From NCBI RefSeq assembly GCF_004010195.1, contig NC_057720.1, positions 6,624,491-6,688,490 of the forward strand: 64,000 nt of DNA, read 5' to 3'. The notes beneath the pieces were generated by a model that did no database searches, was not told the origin of the DNA, and saw only the letters and a list, made by a program, of their open reading frames with translations. Source of the stretch: Chiloscyllium plagiosum. Lineage: Eukaryota. Of this stretch, positions 13,546 to 25,722 are shown one piece after another (position 1 is the stretch's first letter; each line of letters begins with the position of its first letter). A program made the position numbers and the translations under genes.

Positions 13546-14182
13546 TGAACTTCCACATGCATGATGTCTTTCACATGCATTCTAACTCACATTAACAGTT
13601 TCTCCTGCCACCCATATTTTGTGAATATAGAGTTCTGAATCTTTCTGATCTTCCATCAACCTTAAAATAGTTCTTGGTACTTCTTTCTAAAGGGGGCTGT
13701 ATGCTGCAGTGAGTAGTGTTCCTGCCTTCAAGCCAGAAGCACTGAGTTTGAGTTCTGCTCCAGGACTTAAATGTCAAATGACCATTCATAATGTCGTCAT
13801 CCAGGTTGTATATTAACATACGGTTCATCTGAGCACACTCCAATGACAAGCAGGAAAGATTGCTGGCCAGTGTGTGAAGACTTACCATTCCCTATCCACA
13901 GCTCCAGACTACCACATAGGTGTGACAGTGTATGTTGCCATAGCAGATCAGACTCCCCGAGTAAACTGTGACAAACCATCTCTGAAAGTGTGTATCCACG
14001 TGAAATTATATCCTCCAAGGTCACCTTACTCAAATTTACTTCTTTCACCATGAAAACCTTTGCACAACCTTGAAATTATTTGACTATTTTACTAATATGT
14101 CCTTGGCATCCTAAAATCTGATAGTGTCATGATCAGTCCATAAACTGTTATCACTGTTTAAAGGCAGGGGTGATAGTATTAT

Positions 14183-14619
14183 GACCATAGCAACACGACG
14201 GTTGGAGGAAGAGCGCCTCATCTTCCGCCTAGGAACCCTCCAACCACAAGGGATGAACTCAGATTTCACCAGTTTCCTCATTTCCCCTCCCCTCACCTTG
14301 TCTCAGTCCCGACCCTCGAACTCAGCACCACCTTCCTAACCTGCAATCTTCTTCCTGACCTCGCCGCCCACACCCCACTCCGGCCTATCACCCTCACCTT
14401 GACCTCCTTCCACCTATCGCATTTCCAACGCCCCTCCCCCAAGTCCCTCCTCCCTACCTTTTATCTTAGCCTGCTGGACACACTTTCCTCATTCCTGAAG
14501 AAGGGCTTATGCCCAAAACGTCGATTCTCCTGTTCCTTGGATGCTGCCTGACCTGCTGCGCTTTTCCAGCAACACATTTTCAGCTCTGATCTCCAGCATC
14601 TGCAATCCTCACTTTCTCC
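14183..14619 (+). mobile_element. PLE 3' end (GIY-YIG C-terminus, 3' UTR, ribozyme pLTR and tail)
   Basis: Reads TRRLEEERLIFRLGTLQPQGMNSDFTSF. Hammerhead motif at 14495-14522 with G12>A. TSD tgatagtattat / tgataatattat (14171-14182, 14620-14631). Confidence 0.9.
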
Positions 14620-14631
14620 TGATAATATTAT

Positions 14632-15000
14632 CACAAGGATATTAATCCAGAGGCCCAGGTCATGCTCTGGGAACTGTGTTCAAATCTCACAGTGGTAGAT
14701 TGTGGAGTTTGAACTGAAGAAAAATAGTCTGGAATTAAGAGTCTAATGCTGACCATGAAGACATCATCATAAGACCATAAGGTAAAGGAGCAAAATTAGG
14801 CTATTTAGCCCATCAAGTCTGCTCTGCTACTTGACTATGGTTGATATGTTTCTTAGCCCCCTTCTCTTGGTTTCTCCCCATCAATTGTCATAAAAGGTCA
14901 TCTGGTTCACAAATGTAGTTTAGGGAAGGAAATCTGCTGGTCTACATGTGACTCCACACCTACAGCAACGTGATTGACTCTTAAGTGCCCTTTGGACAAT
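14632..15000 (+). mobile_element. tRNA-derived SINE family B
   Basis: ttaatccagaggcccagg...gttcaaatc head; ggtctacatgtgactcca.acc.acagcaa body. Further copies at about 25880-26215, 26995-27310, 36712-37177, 50645-51192, 53066-53842, 55338-55650, 59875-60175 and 60646-60850. Confidence 0.75.
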
Positions 15001-15253
15001 ATTAGATTAGATTAGTTCAGATTAGATTACTTACAGTGTGGAAACAGGCCCTTCGGCCCAACAAGTCCACACCGACCCTCCGAAGCATATACCACCTAGA
15101 CCCATACTCCTACATTTACCCCTTCACCTAACGCTACGGGCAATTTAGCATGGCCAATTCACCTAACCTGCACATTTTTGGATTGTGGGAGGAAACCGGA
15201 GCACCCGGAGGAAACCCACGCAGACACGGGGAGGATGTGCAAACTCCACACAG
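15001..15253 (-). mobile_element. HE1-type V-SINE, 5' truncated, (ttaga)n tail
   Basis: Near-consensus antisense V-domain ggaggaaaccggagcacccggaggaaacccacgcagacacgggg. Confidence 0.9.
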
Positions 15254-15709
15254 AATATGTTCTGGCCTAGCCAGCTTATGCCATGAATAACAAAAGTAAA
15301 AAGAAGAGGGTCATCCATTTAAGGAAGAAATGAAGCATATTTTTTCTCTCACAAAACCCCTGATGATTGAAACAGTGTTGATGTTTATTTTTAAGGCAGC
15401 TGTAGTTCGATTTTAGTTAAGCGATGCAAAGTTATTGGGGTAAGCAGGAATGTGGAGTAATCAGATCAGCCATTGAAGATGCAGCAGGTTCAAGGGGCCA
15501 AGTGGCCTCCTTCTACTCTATCTCATGTGTTCTCTGTACAATATTATGGAATATTCTGTCAATCAACTAATTTACTCTGTTTCCTTGGCTGTAATGCAGT
15601 TTGGGATGTGTTAAAGTTGTCAGAGGCATGACATAAAATGCAAGGCCTTCATTACTTTGGCTGGTTCAATGATATTACATTTGGAACAATCTGTGATGAT
15701 CCAAATGGC

Positions 15710-16025
15710 TCACCAAGATCCTCAGACAGCACCTTCTAAACCCATGACCACGTCCATCTAGAAGGACAAGGACAGCAGATACACAGGAACGCCAGTTCCC
15801 CTCCAAGCCACTCACCATCCTGACTTGGAAACATATCGCCGTTCCTTCAGTGTCACTGGGTCAAAATCCTGGAATTCCCTCTCTAAGGGCATTGTGGGTC
15901 AACCCATAGCAGGTGGACTGCAGTGGTTCAAGAAGGCAGCTCACCCCCACCTTCTCAAGGAGCAACTAGGGACGGGCAGTAAATGCTGTACGAGCCAGTA
16001 ATGCCCACATCCCACAAATGAATAA
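15710..16025 (+). mobile_element. 3' end of the second CR1/L2-group LINE family
   Basis: Ends ...gcaactagggacgggcagtaaatgctg...gcccacatcccacaaatgaat, the same tail as SINE family B. Confidence 0.7.
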
Positions 16026-17330
16026 ATAAAATAACTTTTTAAAAAGTTTCTGCATTTCCTTATATAATTGGAGAAAATGACCCTCAATGTTGTTTATGTG
16101 AAAGATAGGATTGGGCAGAGGAAAAATGTAAAGTGTGGATATACACAGCCTGTACACTTCTCCAGCTTCAGGGAGTTTCTTCATTAAAAAGCATCACTAT
16201 CCTCTGAGAGAAGAAATTCCTCCTCATCTCTGCCTTCAATCCTTATTCTGAGATGATGCCCTCTGGTCCTGGACTCTCCCACAAAGAGAAACAACCTTTC
16301 CATCCCTCTGCTGTCAAGTCCCCCAAGAACCTTAAAGGGTGCAATAAATCCTTTATTCTTCTAAACTCCAATGAGTATAGATCTGACCAATTTAATCTCC
16401 TCTCATAAGAAACTCCTTCCATACTCAGGATCCACCTAATGAACCTTCTTTGATCTGTCTCATATACTAATATATCTTTCCTTAGATAAGGGGACTAAAA
16501 CTGTTCACAGTATTCTAGGTGTAGTCTCACTGGTGCCGTGTGTAGTTTGAGCGAAACATTCTTATTCCCTTTGAAGTAAAGGCCAAAGTTCACTTGCCTT
16601 CCATATTATCTGCTGAACCTATTTTTTGTGATTTATATGTAAAGAAACCAAAATCCCTTTATGGTGCAGTTTTCTGCAGTCTTTCTCCATTTAAACAATA
16701 TTCAACTCTTCTATTCTTCCTGCCAAAGTGCAGAGCTTCATATTTTGCCACATTATATTCCATCTATCAAGTTTTCACCCACTCACTCAATCTGTCTATA
16801 TCCCTCAGTATTATCTGTTTCTGTCATCATCAGTACATGCCTTCCTACCTATGTTTGTGTCTCCTGCTAACCTGGCTGTAATACATTCCCTTCCTTCATC
16901 CAGGTTGTCAATACATGTGGTAAATAATTGTGGCCAAGCACTGATCCCAGTGGGACTCCACCAGCTAAAGGTTGCTATCCTGAAAATGCTCGCCTCATCT
17001 CAATTCTCTGTCTTCTATTTCTAAAACAGCATGTGATTATACTGCCCCAATGTTGTGGGCTCTTATCTTATTAATTAGCTTTATGTGCAGTCCCTTATCA
17101 ACTGCCTTTTTGAAATCCAAATATATTGCAGCTGCTGCTTTAGGTTTATCTATTCTGTTTGTCTATCTAACCCACTCATGAGGCTAACTTTACTTCAATA
17201 TGTAAAGTATTTCTACATGCTTGGCTATTACCTTCTCAATAATAATAAAACTTAAAAATAATAATAAAAAACTCTTGTATTTTCCTATTGACAGATATTA
17301 AGGTAATGGCCTCTGATTACCTATTTATTG

Positions 17331-17949
17331 TGTGATGACACTATGGCTTTAAGAGGTGCATTTTGTCCTTTCTTTTAATGATGAAAGGTTGAGACAGAGA
17401 TGTTGAGTGTTCTGCTTAGTGCCAACAAAATAAACAGCTTGTGAGGCCTTGAGTTATTTTTAAAATTTGAAACAATAAGTGCAGCTTGAATGGGTGGGGT
17501 CAAGCTCCCACAGAACCAGGATTGTTAACTTTAGCTTTCTGCAGTTGCTGGGGTCTTGAAGCCAGAAGTGAAAATTCTTACTCTTCTCTCTCTGTCATAG
17601 CTAAAAACTGGGTTCTCTTTTATTCCTGCTGCTGGAATTGCACGTGAGACAATCTACTTTATTGAATTTGCCTTTGTCAAGGGTGTGTTTATGGGATGTT
17701 ACTATATTGGAGAAGTTACATTACTTTGTTAACCATTTTGATAGCGTTACAGTTAAGCCAGTTCTTTTTTTGAATTTTGTCAGTATTTTAACTGTAGTAC
17801 AAAATAAAATATGTTTTGCTTAAAGTCGGGTGGTTTGACCAAATTGCACCAGGAACACAATGTTTACACTTACCTTTAAAATAAGAAAAGGTTAGGATCT
17901 AGGCTATCTCCTTAATATATTTTGAAGGGATCTGGTCTTGCCCATTACA
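17331..17949 (+). mobile_element. Solo LTR
   Basis: Starts TGtgatgac and ends cattaCA. Interrupts the CR1 cleanly, has AATAAA near 17803 and resembles 1-443. No clean TSD seen. Confidence 0.7.
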
Positions 17950-18139
17950 ATCTCTTTTTGAATAATGGTGTTGTATTGATTGTTTTGAATTATTTGGGAT
18001 ATTTCCAGATCCTAAGGATTCTCAGAAGATTACTACCAGTACAGCTACTTCACTTACTGATTGCATCCCATCAGTTGCAGGGGACTTATTGGTCTTTAGT
18101 CCATTAGTCTTCCAGTATGTTCCATTGAATTTTTTTTAA

Positions 18140-18270
18140 ATTGAAAGAACTGTGGATGCTGGAGATCAGAAACAAAAGCAGAAATTGCTGGAAAAATCTC
18201 AACAGGTCTGGCAGCATCAATGGAGAGAAATCAGAGTTAACGTTTTGGGTCCAGTGACCCTTGTTCAGAA
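18140..18270 (-). mobile_element. PLE-derived terminus, family C, with degenerate hammerhead at 18239-18268
   Basis: Minus strand: agtt-CUGAAcA-a-GGGUC-acug-GACCC-aAAA-cg-UU-aacu. Stems I and II pair perfectly but the core is mutated. Confidence 0.7.
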
Positions 18271-18284
18271 CTTTTTTGGTGAGA

Positions 18285-18420
18285 GTTAAAAATCACACAA
18301 CACCAGGTTATAGTCCAAAAGGTTTAATTGGTGCTTCCTAATAAACCTGGTGGACTATAACCTGGTGTTCTGTGATTTTTTACTTTGTCCACCCCAATCC
18401 AACACCGGCATCACCAAATC
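18285..18420. mobile_element. Collapsed fold-back element, family B (ribozyme cores deleted)
   Basis: aaaaatcacacaacaccaggttatagtcca...tggactataacctggtgttctgtgattttt, plus the one-sided tail. Confidence 0.8.
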
Positions 18421-18740
18421 ACTTTTGTCGAGAGATAGCTATTGTAGTTATTTCCTTCCTCACCTCCTTTAAGCCCTTGCTTACTCAGTATATTTTGGAA
18501 TGATTCTTTGTGTCTCAGCTGGGAAAGCTCCCTCTGCCATTTCCTGGTTGTCCATATTCCTCCCCCAGCCTCTTTCTCTAAAGGACCATTGTTCGTCTTG
18601 GATTCTCTTTTCCTTTTATTTTCATTTACATTTAAATAAGAGCTTGCTGTCCAGTTTATTATTTTTACTCATTAGTAGTTTATTTTCACCCTTTTTATTA
18701 TTTTTGGTGGCTTTTTAAACTGTTCCAATATTTGCCGCAT

Positions 18741-19081
18741 TAGAACATAGAACATAGAACATAGAAGAATACAGCGCAGTACAGGCCCTTTGGCCCTCGA
18801 TGTTGTGCCGATCCAAGCCCACCTAACCTACACTAGCCCACTATCCTCCATATACCTATCCAATGCCCGCTTAAATGCCCATAAAGAGGGAGAGTCCACC
18901 ACTGCTACTGGCAGGGCATTCCATGAACTTACGACTCGCTGAGTGAAGAACCTACCCCTAACTTCAGTCCTATATCTACCCCCCCTTAATTTAAAGCTAT
19001 GCCCCCTTGTAATACCCGACTCCATACGCGGGAAAAGGTTCACACTGTCAACCCTATCTAACCCCCTAATCATCTTGTACA
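18741..19081 (-). mobile_element. Young CR1 3' end with (tagaaca)n tail
   Basis: ORF MYKMIRGLDRVD...TRGHSFKL...FFTQRVVSSWNALP. Nearly identical to 44153-44422. Confidence 0.9.
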
Positions 19082-19654
19082 CTGAAGCATTGTATTCTTT
19101 TTTTATCTAACTATACTTACCTTCTCAGTTTCATAGAATCTGACAGTACAGAAGAGGACTTTTAACCCATCCAATCTTTCTGACCAAAAGTATTACCTGG
19201 AGTAGGCCCACTTTCCCACGCTAGACCTATAGCCTTGAATGTTATGACACTTCCAGTGCTTATCCAAGTACTTTTTAAAGATTTCCTTTCTCCACTAGTC
19301 TCCCTGGTAGTGCATTCCAGATGCTTACCACCCTCTGGGTCAAAATATCTTTCCTAAAATCTCTTTTAAATTCCTGCCTTTCACATTAAAAGTGTGCCAC
19401 TTGTTCTGGACCCTTCAACTGGCCACCCTGTTCTTGTCCCTCAGAATCTCTAGCAATTCCCCCCTCAACCTTTTCTGGCTCCAAAGAAAACAACATTTCC
19501 AGTTGACCATAGTTGGCTTATTCCCTTCCGAGAATCTTTCTTCCTCACTGAGATATCTCTTTATTGTGAGTCATGAACTACCTTATTAAACATCTGCCAT
19601 TGTTCCTCAACTATCTTTTCTGTTAAACTCCTTTCCCATCCAACTCCACCTCTG

Positions 19655-20175
19655 TACCTAAGAACAGTGAAAAGCTTTGTTTTGCATGCAGTACAGGCAA
19701 ACGACGACATACAGATCTAGGGTGCTTAGACAGAGTGAGGCACACAGGTTACACTGCACAGGAGGTGTACAAAAGCAAGGTCAACATTGTTCGAGAGTCC
19801 ATTCAGCAGACTGATAATGGCAGGGAAGAAGCTGTTCTTAAACCTGTCGGTGTGTGTATTCAAACTTCTATATCTTCTGCCTGATGGAAGAGGTTAGAAC
19901 AGAGCATTATTGGGGTGGGAGGGGTCTTTGATGACGTTGCAAGTCTTTCCACAGCGGCGAGCCGTGTGAATGGAGTTCATGTTTGGGAAGTTGGCCTCTT
20001 GTGTTTGTCTGGGCTGTGCACACAACTTTCTGTAGTTTTTTTCTGATTTTGGGCAGAGCAGTTGCCGTACCAGGCCGTTATGCACTCGGATAGAAAGCAT
20101 TCTGGGTGGAGCTATAAAGGTTGGTGACGGTCCTTGTGGACATTCTGAATTTGTTAAGCCAAGAACAGGTGTTTC
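19655..20175 (-). mobile_element. Rex1/Babar-like LINE 3' end
   Basis: Minus strand reads LSECITAWYGNCSAQ, the C-terminal motif typical of Rex1/Babar ORF2, followed by DPSHP. Confidence 0.75.
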
Positions 20176-20903
20176 TGTGCCTTCTTGATAGTCAGATTTA
20201 TCTTTCTTTATGTTGAACAGAATTGTTTCTGACCAAAGTTTCTCACTCTCAGACTGAATACTAAAGACGACCATTTTATTCTCACTGTTTCTAAGGGATA
20301 TTTCACTGTGAGATAAGTTATAGATCCAGAAGTCCTGATGCCTGATTGCATCCAAACATATTGTCCTAGGAAACTGTCCTGAATGCAGCGTTCATTTAAT
20401 GTATTCTTCCTTGTGGCCACTGCTGTCAGTTTGATTTACATGAAGATTAAAGTCACCCTTGATTAATGTAGTGCCTTTTTTACATTCCCTCATTATCTCC
20501 TGATTTATTCTCTGTCCTACAGTATTGTTACTGTTAAGGAGCCTATAGATTATTTTGAGATTTTCTCCTTCCTGTGAGTTCTGACTTTTCATTGATGCTG
20601 CTATGGACTATTTGGCAAAGGTTGCATGTATGCCAGAAGATTGGGACAGTTTAAAAAGCCACCAAAAACAATAAAAAGGGTGAAAATAAACTACTGAGAA
20701 GTGAAAAAATGGACAGCAATATCTTATGAAGATAAAATGAAAAGAGAGTCCAAAGTGAACAATGACTTGTTTGAATTTTCCCCCCAGTTCCAGTTAAATA
20801 ACAGATAAGTATTCTTTGTTCCCAGTCCTCCTCTGAGTATAAGCGCTACATAGTGTTTATGTAGTTTCTAGCTGTAATTTCATTTCTCCCCTTCACCTTT
20901 TTT

Positions 20904-21185
20904 GGGCAGCATGATGGCTCAATGGTTAGCACTGCTGCCTCACAGCATCAGGGACCTGGGTTTGATTCCAGGCTCAGGTGACTGTGTGTGTGGAATTTGC
21001 TTGGCTTCCCTGTGCTTGCTTGGGGTGCTGCGGTTTCCTCCCGTAGTCCAAAGATGTGCACGTTAGGTGAATTGGTCATGCTAAATTTCCCATGTGCAGG
21101 GTAGCCATGGGATTGATAGGGTGGGATGCTCTTCAGAGGTTTGGTATAGGCTGAATGGCCTAGTTCCACCCTGTCGGGATTCTAT
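20904..21185 (+). mobile_element. HE1-type V-SINE
   Basis: tggctcaatggttagcactgctgcctcacagc head, V-domain and tail. Confidence 0.85.
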
Positions 21186-21454
21186 ACGTCGAGCAGTTGG
21201 TGTCCTTCTTACCTTTCACAGTCTGTATTTCCCCACTCTCTCCAGGCTTTTAGCATTCCCCAATTATCACTTCCTGTCCTTGTACATCCTACGTTCTGTT
21301 TTCTTTATCTAACTAAACTTATCTTCCCAAGTTCATGGATTAATACAGTATAGAAGAGGACTGTTAGCCCATATAGTTTTTGTTGCCAAAGGTATTTCCT
21401 GTAGTACCCTGTCCACCTACGTATTCTGGGTCTGTGCACTTCCCTCTAGTTTAT

Positions 21455-21483
21455 CTGATGAAGGGGCAGCACTCCGAAAGCTT
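21455..21483 (+). ncRNA. Minimal hammerhead motif, family B variant
   Basis: CUGAUGA-a-GGGG-cagca-CUCC-GAAA-gc-UU, followed by the family-B arm. Confidence 0.65.
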
Positions 21484-21809
21484 GTGATTTCAGATAAACC
21501 TGTTGGAGTATAACCTGGTGTCATGTGACTTCTAACTTTACCTACAGTAGTCCCACTTTCCCACACTAGGCCCATTGCCTTAGATGTTCTGACACTTCAA
21601 GTGCTTGTCCAAGTACTTTTTAAAGATTTTGAGGTCTCCTGTCTCACCAGGTAGTGCACTCCAGGCCCTTACCACTCTCTGGGTCAAAGTATTTTTCCTC
21701 CAAACCTCCTCTAAGCCTCCTGTCTTTCCCTTGAAAAGTTCTATGTTGCCCTACAAGGTCACGGACACTTCGCCTCAGTTTCTCAACAAAAGAGTAAATT
21801 GCCCAAAGC

Positions 21810-22060
21810 ATTTTCATTTGGGAACAACCCTGAAGTTGGGATTGATCTCGCCAGGTCCAACCGGGTCGTACTCTCTACCTGTCTTCAGCTATCACCACCT
21901 CACCACCCTGTCCCCACCCCACCCACTTTATCTGCAGCTCCCCCTACACACAGCCCCGGTCCTGAAGAAGGGATACACCGAAACGTCAATTTCTCCACAT
22001 CCTGATGCTGCCCTTCCAGCCTCCTGCCTGTCCGGTTTGGATTCCAGCATCTGCCTTTTT
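21810..22060 (+). mobile_element. PLE 3' end, divergent subfamily
   Basis: FHLGT remnant, C-rich 3' UTR, and CUGAAGA...GAAACGUC at 21962-21987. Confidence 0.55.
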
Positions 22061-22450
22061 TTTTTGTCTCCTCACAAAGAAGCAAGTTGAGAGGAGATTT
22101 AACAGCAGTTTTCCAAAACCCTCAGCAGACTGCACAGAATAGATAGGGAGAAGCTGTTCCTGCTCTTAAAATGAAAAAGAATTAGAGGACGTAGATTTGA
22201 AGTGATGTGTGAAAGAAGTAAGGGTGATATGAGAAAAAAATAAGCTTAAACAGCAGATAGTTAGGGTGTGGAGTGCACTGCCTGTAAATGTGGCGGAGGC
22301 AGGCTCAACTGAGGTAGTCAAGAGGAACATTGGATGGTTATTTAGATAGAAATGATGTTCAGGGATATAGGGAAAATTTGGTTTGATTTGATTTATTGTA
22401 GTCACATGTACCTAAGTACAGTGAAAGGTTTTGTTTTGTGAGCAATACCG

Positions 22451-22669
22451 GGTAAAAACAAGAACCGCAGATGCTGGAAACCAGATTAGAGTGGCACCGG
22501 AAAAGCACAGCAGTTCAGGCAGCATCCGAGGAGCAGGAAAATCGACGTTTCGGGCAAAAGCCCTTCATTTATTCCTGATGAAGGGCTTTTGCCCGAAACG
22601 TCAATTTTCCTGCTCCTCGGATGCTGCCTGAACTGCTGTGCTTTTCCAGCGCCACTCTAATCTAGAATC
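22451..22669. mobile_element. Fold-back PLE-derived element, family A, nested in a Rex-like LINE tail
   Basis: Perfect 16-bp TSD tttgtgagcaataccg (22435-22450, 22670-22685). Inverted arms meet at about 22570. Confidence 0.92.
22575..22602 (+). ncRNA. Minimal hammerhead motif, family A, intact core
   Basis: CUGAUGA-a-GGGC-uuuu-GCCC-GAAA-cg-UC. Confidence 0.75.
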
Positions 22670-23183
22670 TTTGTGAGCAATACCGTCAGCCCAAAGCAAA
22701 CAAGGACATTCAGATCATAGGGTGCTTAAACAGAGTGAGGCATACAAGGTTATAGCTGTACAGGAGGGGCACAAAGCAAGGTCAATATTAGATTTGAAAT
22801 TTGGGAGGTCCCTTCAACAGTCTGATAATGGCAGGGAACAAACAAAAGAACAAAAAATAAGTACAGCACAGGAGCAGGCCCTTCAGCCCTCCAAGCCTGT
22901 GCCAATCATTATGCCCCAATTGAACTAAAAAACACACCTTCTGCCCTTATTTAGTCCATATCCCTCTATTCCCTCCCTATTTATGTAACCATCCAGGAGC
23001 TGAGCCTGAACCTGTTGGTGTGTGTGTTCAAGCTGCTGTATCATCTGCCTGGTGGAAGAGGTTGGAAGAGAGCATTATCAGGGTGGGAGGGTGATCTTGG
23101 CAGCTTTTTTGCGGCTGGAGTCCATCGATGGAAGGTTGGCTTTATTGATGGTCTAGGCTGCGAACACAATTTTCTGTAGTCAG

Positions 23184-23640
23184 CCGCAAACCCCCAGGTC
23201 ATCGCCTCTGCCCTGAAGCTCTTCAACCATGTACTGAAACAGACTCGCCTACCTGCCAATCTCCCTTCCCACCTAAGTCCTGAAGAAGGGCTTATGCCCA
23301 AAATGTCGATTCTCCTGTTCCCTGGATGCTGCCTGACCTGCTGCGTTTTTCCAGCAACACATTTTCAGCTCTGATCGCCAGCATCTGCAGTCCTCACTTT
23401 CTCCCTTCCCACCTACCCATTCCACCCTCCCCTCTGACCTTTCACCTCCAACCCCATCCCCATTCACTTATTGTACTCTTTGCTACTTTCTCCTCACCCC
23501 CACCCCCCCCTCCCATTTATCTCTCCACCTTGGAGGCTCCCTGCCTCTATTCCTGATGAAGGGCTTTTGCCCAAAATGTCGACTTTCCTGCTCCATGGAT
23601 GCTGCCTGACCTGCTGTGCTTTTCCAGCAGCACTCTGATC
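23184..23640 (+). mobile_element. Nested pair of PLE 3' ends carrying two tandem hammerhead motifs
   Basis: Motifs at 23280-23307 and 23553-23580. The inner copy is flanked by tctcccttcccaccta (23260-23275, 23400-23415). Confidence 0.8.
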
Positions 23641-24345
23641 TAAACCCAACAATTTTCTGTCGTGACAGGAGATTGACACGAGGTAATAGAATTGGTGTCA
23701 ACATAACAGGCTGAATGGCCCCTTTCTGCGCTGTAACAATTCTGTAATTCTGATTACTGTTTTCAATGTAAGAATTGAACATGAGTTTGACTGATACAGC
23801 CGAGAACATTCACACAATGTAGGTGAACAGGATGAAAGATTAGCATCATAAAATGGGGATCTTTGTAAATGTGAACGTATTTAATTTTAGAAAGAAAGCA
23901 TACAGCAGAATGATAAATGGAGGAATGTCAAACCATTCACCAATTCTGCTTTGGTTATCTTCCTCTCAGTGGGTAACAGCAATAGAAAGATTGTTTTAGA
24001 TTTAATTGTACATTTGACAACTTATTTGAAGCTTCATTCTACTGTAGTTCCTTATTTTCTTCAGATTAACATTGATTTTGCTGGCCTTTGCTTTGTGTCT
24101 TTTTTTTGTTAGACAACTCTTAATCTTTACAAGATACATGGAATTAAATTTCTGGAATTGGTTTGGTTTGAAGTCTGGTCATTGTTTGCACATATCTGTC
24201 AGAGTGATGTGCAATCCAATCTCTTGAACACTGATGTCAACAATAAATTATTAGCCGATTCTCACAAGGAAGAAGAAACGCTAGCATTAAACAGGCACAT
24301 TTTTGACAACTTCGAGCTTTCCCATGCTCTTACCTGGGAGTCCAG

Positions 24346-24818
24346 CAAAGGTTCACCAGACTGATTTCTGGGATGGCAGGACTGAGTTATGAAGAAAGGT
24401 TTAGTCAACTGGTCTTGTATTCACTGGAATTTAGAAGAATGAACGGGAGCTCTCATAGAAACATATAAAACTCTGATGGGACTGGACAGGCTAGATGTGG
24501 GTAGAATGTTCCCGATGTTGGTGACAACCAGAACTAGGGGTCACAGTCTATGAATGAGCGGTAAGCCATTCAGACTGAGATAACAAGGAATTTCTTCACC
24601 CAGAGAATTGTGAACCTGTGGAACTCACTCCCACAGGAAGCTGTTGGGGCCAGCTCATTAGATATATTTAAGAGGGAACTGGATGTGACCCTTATGACTA
24701 GAGGGATCAAGGGGTGTGAAGAGAGAGGGGGAATGGGATACTGAGATCATATTGAATGGTGGTGCAGGCTCAAAGGGCCGAATGGCCTACTCCTGCACCT
24801 GTTTTCTATGTTTCCATG
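24346..24818 (+). mobile_element. CR1 LINE 3' end
   Basis: aatttcttcacccagagaattgtgaacctgtggaac (NFFTQRIVNLWN) and the typical 3' UTR. Confidence 0.85.
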
Positions 24819-25536
24819 TTCCAGCCAGTGATTTGCTGTTGTGGTTCAGGAAGCAGAGAGACCAATTTGCACACAGCAAGATACAACAAATAGTTTAAAA
24901 ATAAAGTCTTGCAGGTACTGGAAAGCTGAAATAAAATCAGATAGTGCTTTCTAAGAAGAGTGATATTGGGTTTGTTAACTCTGCTTCCTCTCCACAGATG
25001 CTGCCAGACTTGCTGAGTTTCTCCAGGACTTTCTCTTTTCAATCCTGTAATTGTTTATCATTCATGGAAGATGGAACAACATGCAGAAGATCAGGAATGG
25101 ACTCCGGTGACTGGACATCAAGAAACTTTGGTAAAAATAACTAGACAGGAGGGATTGCAAAAGAGGATATGTCTGGAATCTTATTGACCCAAGTTCTGAC
25201 TCTATGGGAGCTGACATCAGAACAACATAATCCTCATGTACATGCTCAGTAGCTATTCTTAGACTTGTCATTGTCTTCACCTCAGGGCCCAATGCTCAAG
25301 CACCTGCTGACGGGAAGGTATATAAATCTGAGAAGGCTGTGGAGGCCAGATCATTGAGTATATTTAAGACAGATATAGATAGGCTCTTGAGTGTTAAGGG
25401 GATCAAAGGTTATGGGGAGAAAGCAGGAGAATGAAGTTGAGAAATGTATCAGCCATGATTGATCGGCAGAGCAGACTCGATGGACTGAATGGTCTAATTT
25501 CTGCTCCTTTGTCTTATGGTCTTACGGTTCATATGA

Positions 25537-25722
25537 CAGGTACACCCCTTTCGTAAGCTAAAAATGGCGTAAAGCATAGATGCATGATTTATGTGGGAAA
25601 AATTTCATCATTTCTCATATAAGTGAAAAACCTGTTCGGATTCGTGAAAACAGGTACTAATGTAGGTCTTTCGTAAAAGCGAAGGGATGTAAAGTGAACA
25701 TTCAAAAAGCAGAGGCTACCTG
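25537..25722. mobile_element. pogo/Tigger-like MITE (old)
   Basis: Termini caggta...tacctg with TA on the right flank; internally repeated tcgtaa motifs. Confidence 0.5.

Larger units (their letters stand above)
16190..20600 (-). mobile_element. Old, fragmented CR1 LINE interrupted by an LTR, ribozyme cassettes, a young CR1 and a Rex-like LINE
   Basis: Colinear antisense CR1 pieces from the 3' end (16200) through RT (16900-17100) to the endonuclease (KGDFNLHVN in ORF 20392-20592). Confidence 0.7.

Noticed and set aside
22451..22669. Fold-back elements as DNA-transposon MITEs or pre-miRNAs
   Set aside because: The arms are identical in type to PLE 3' termini, a tail occurs on one side only, and TSDs are long and variable.
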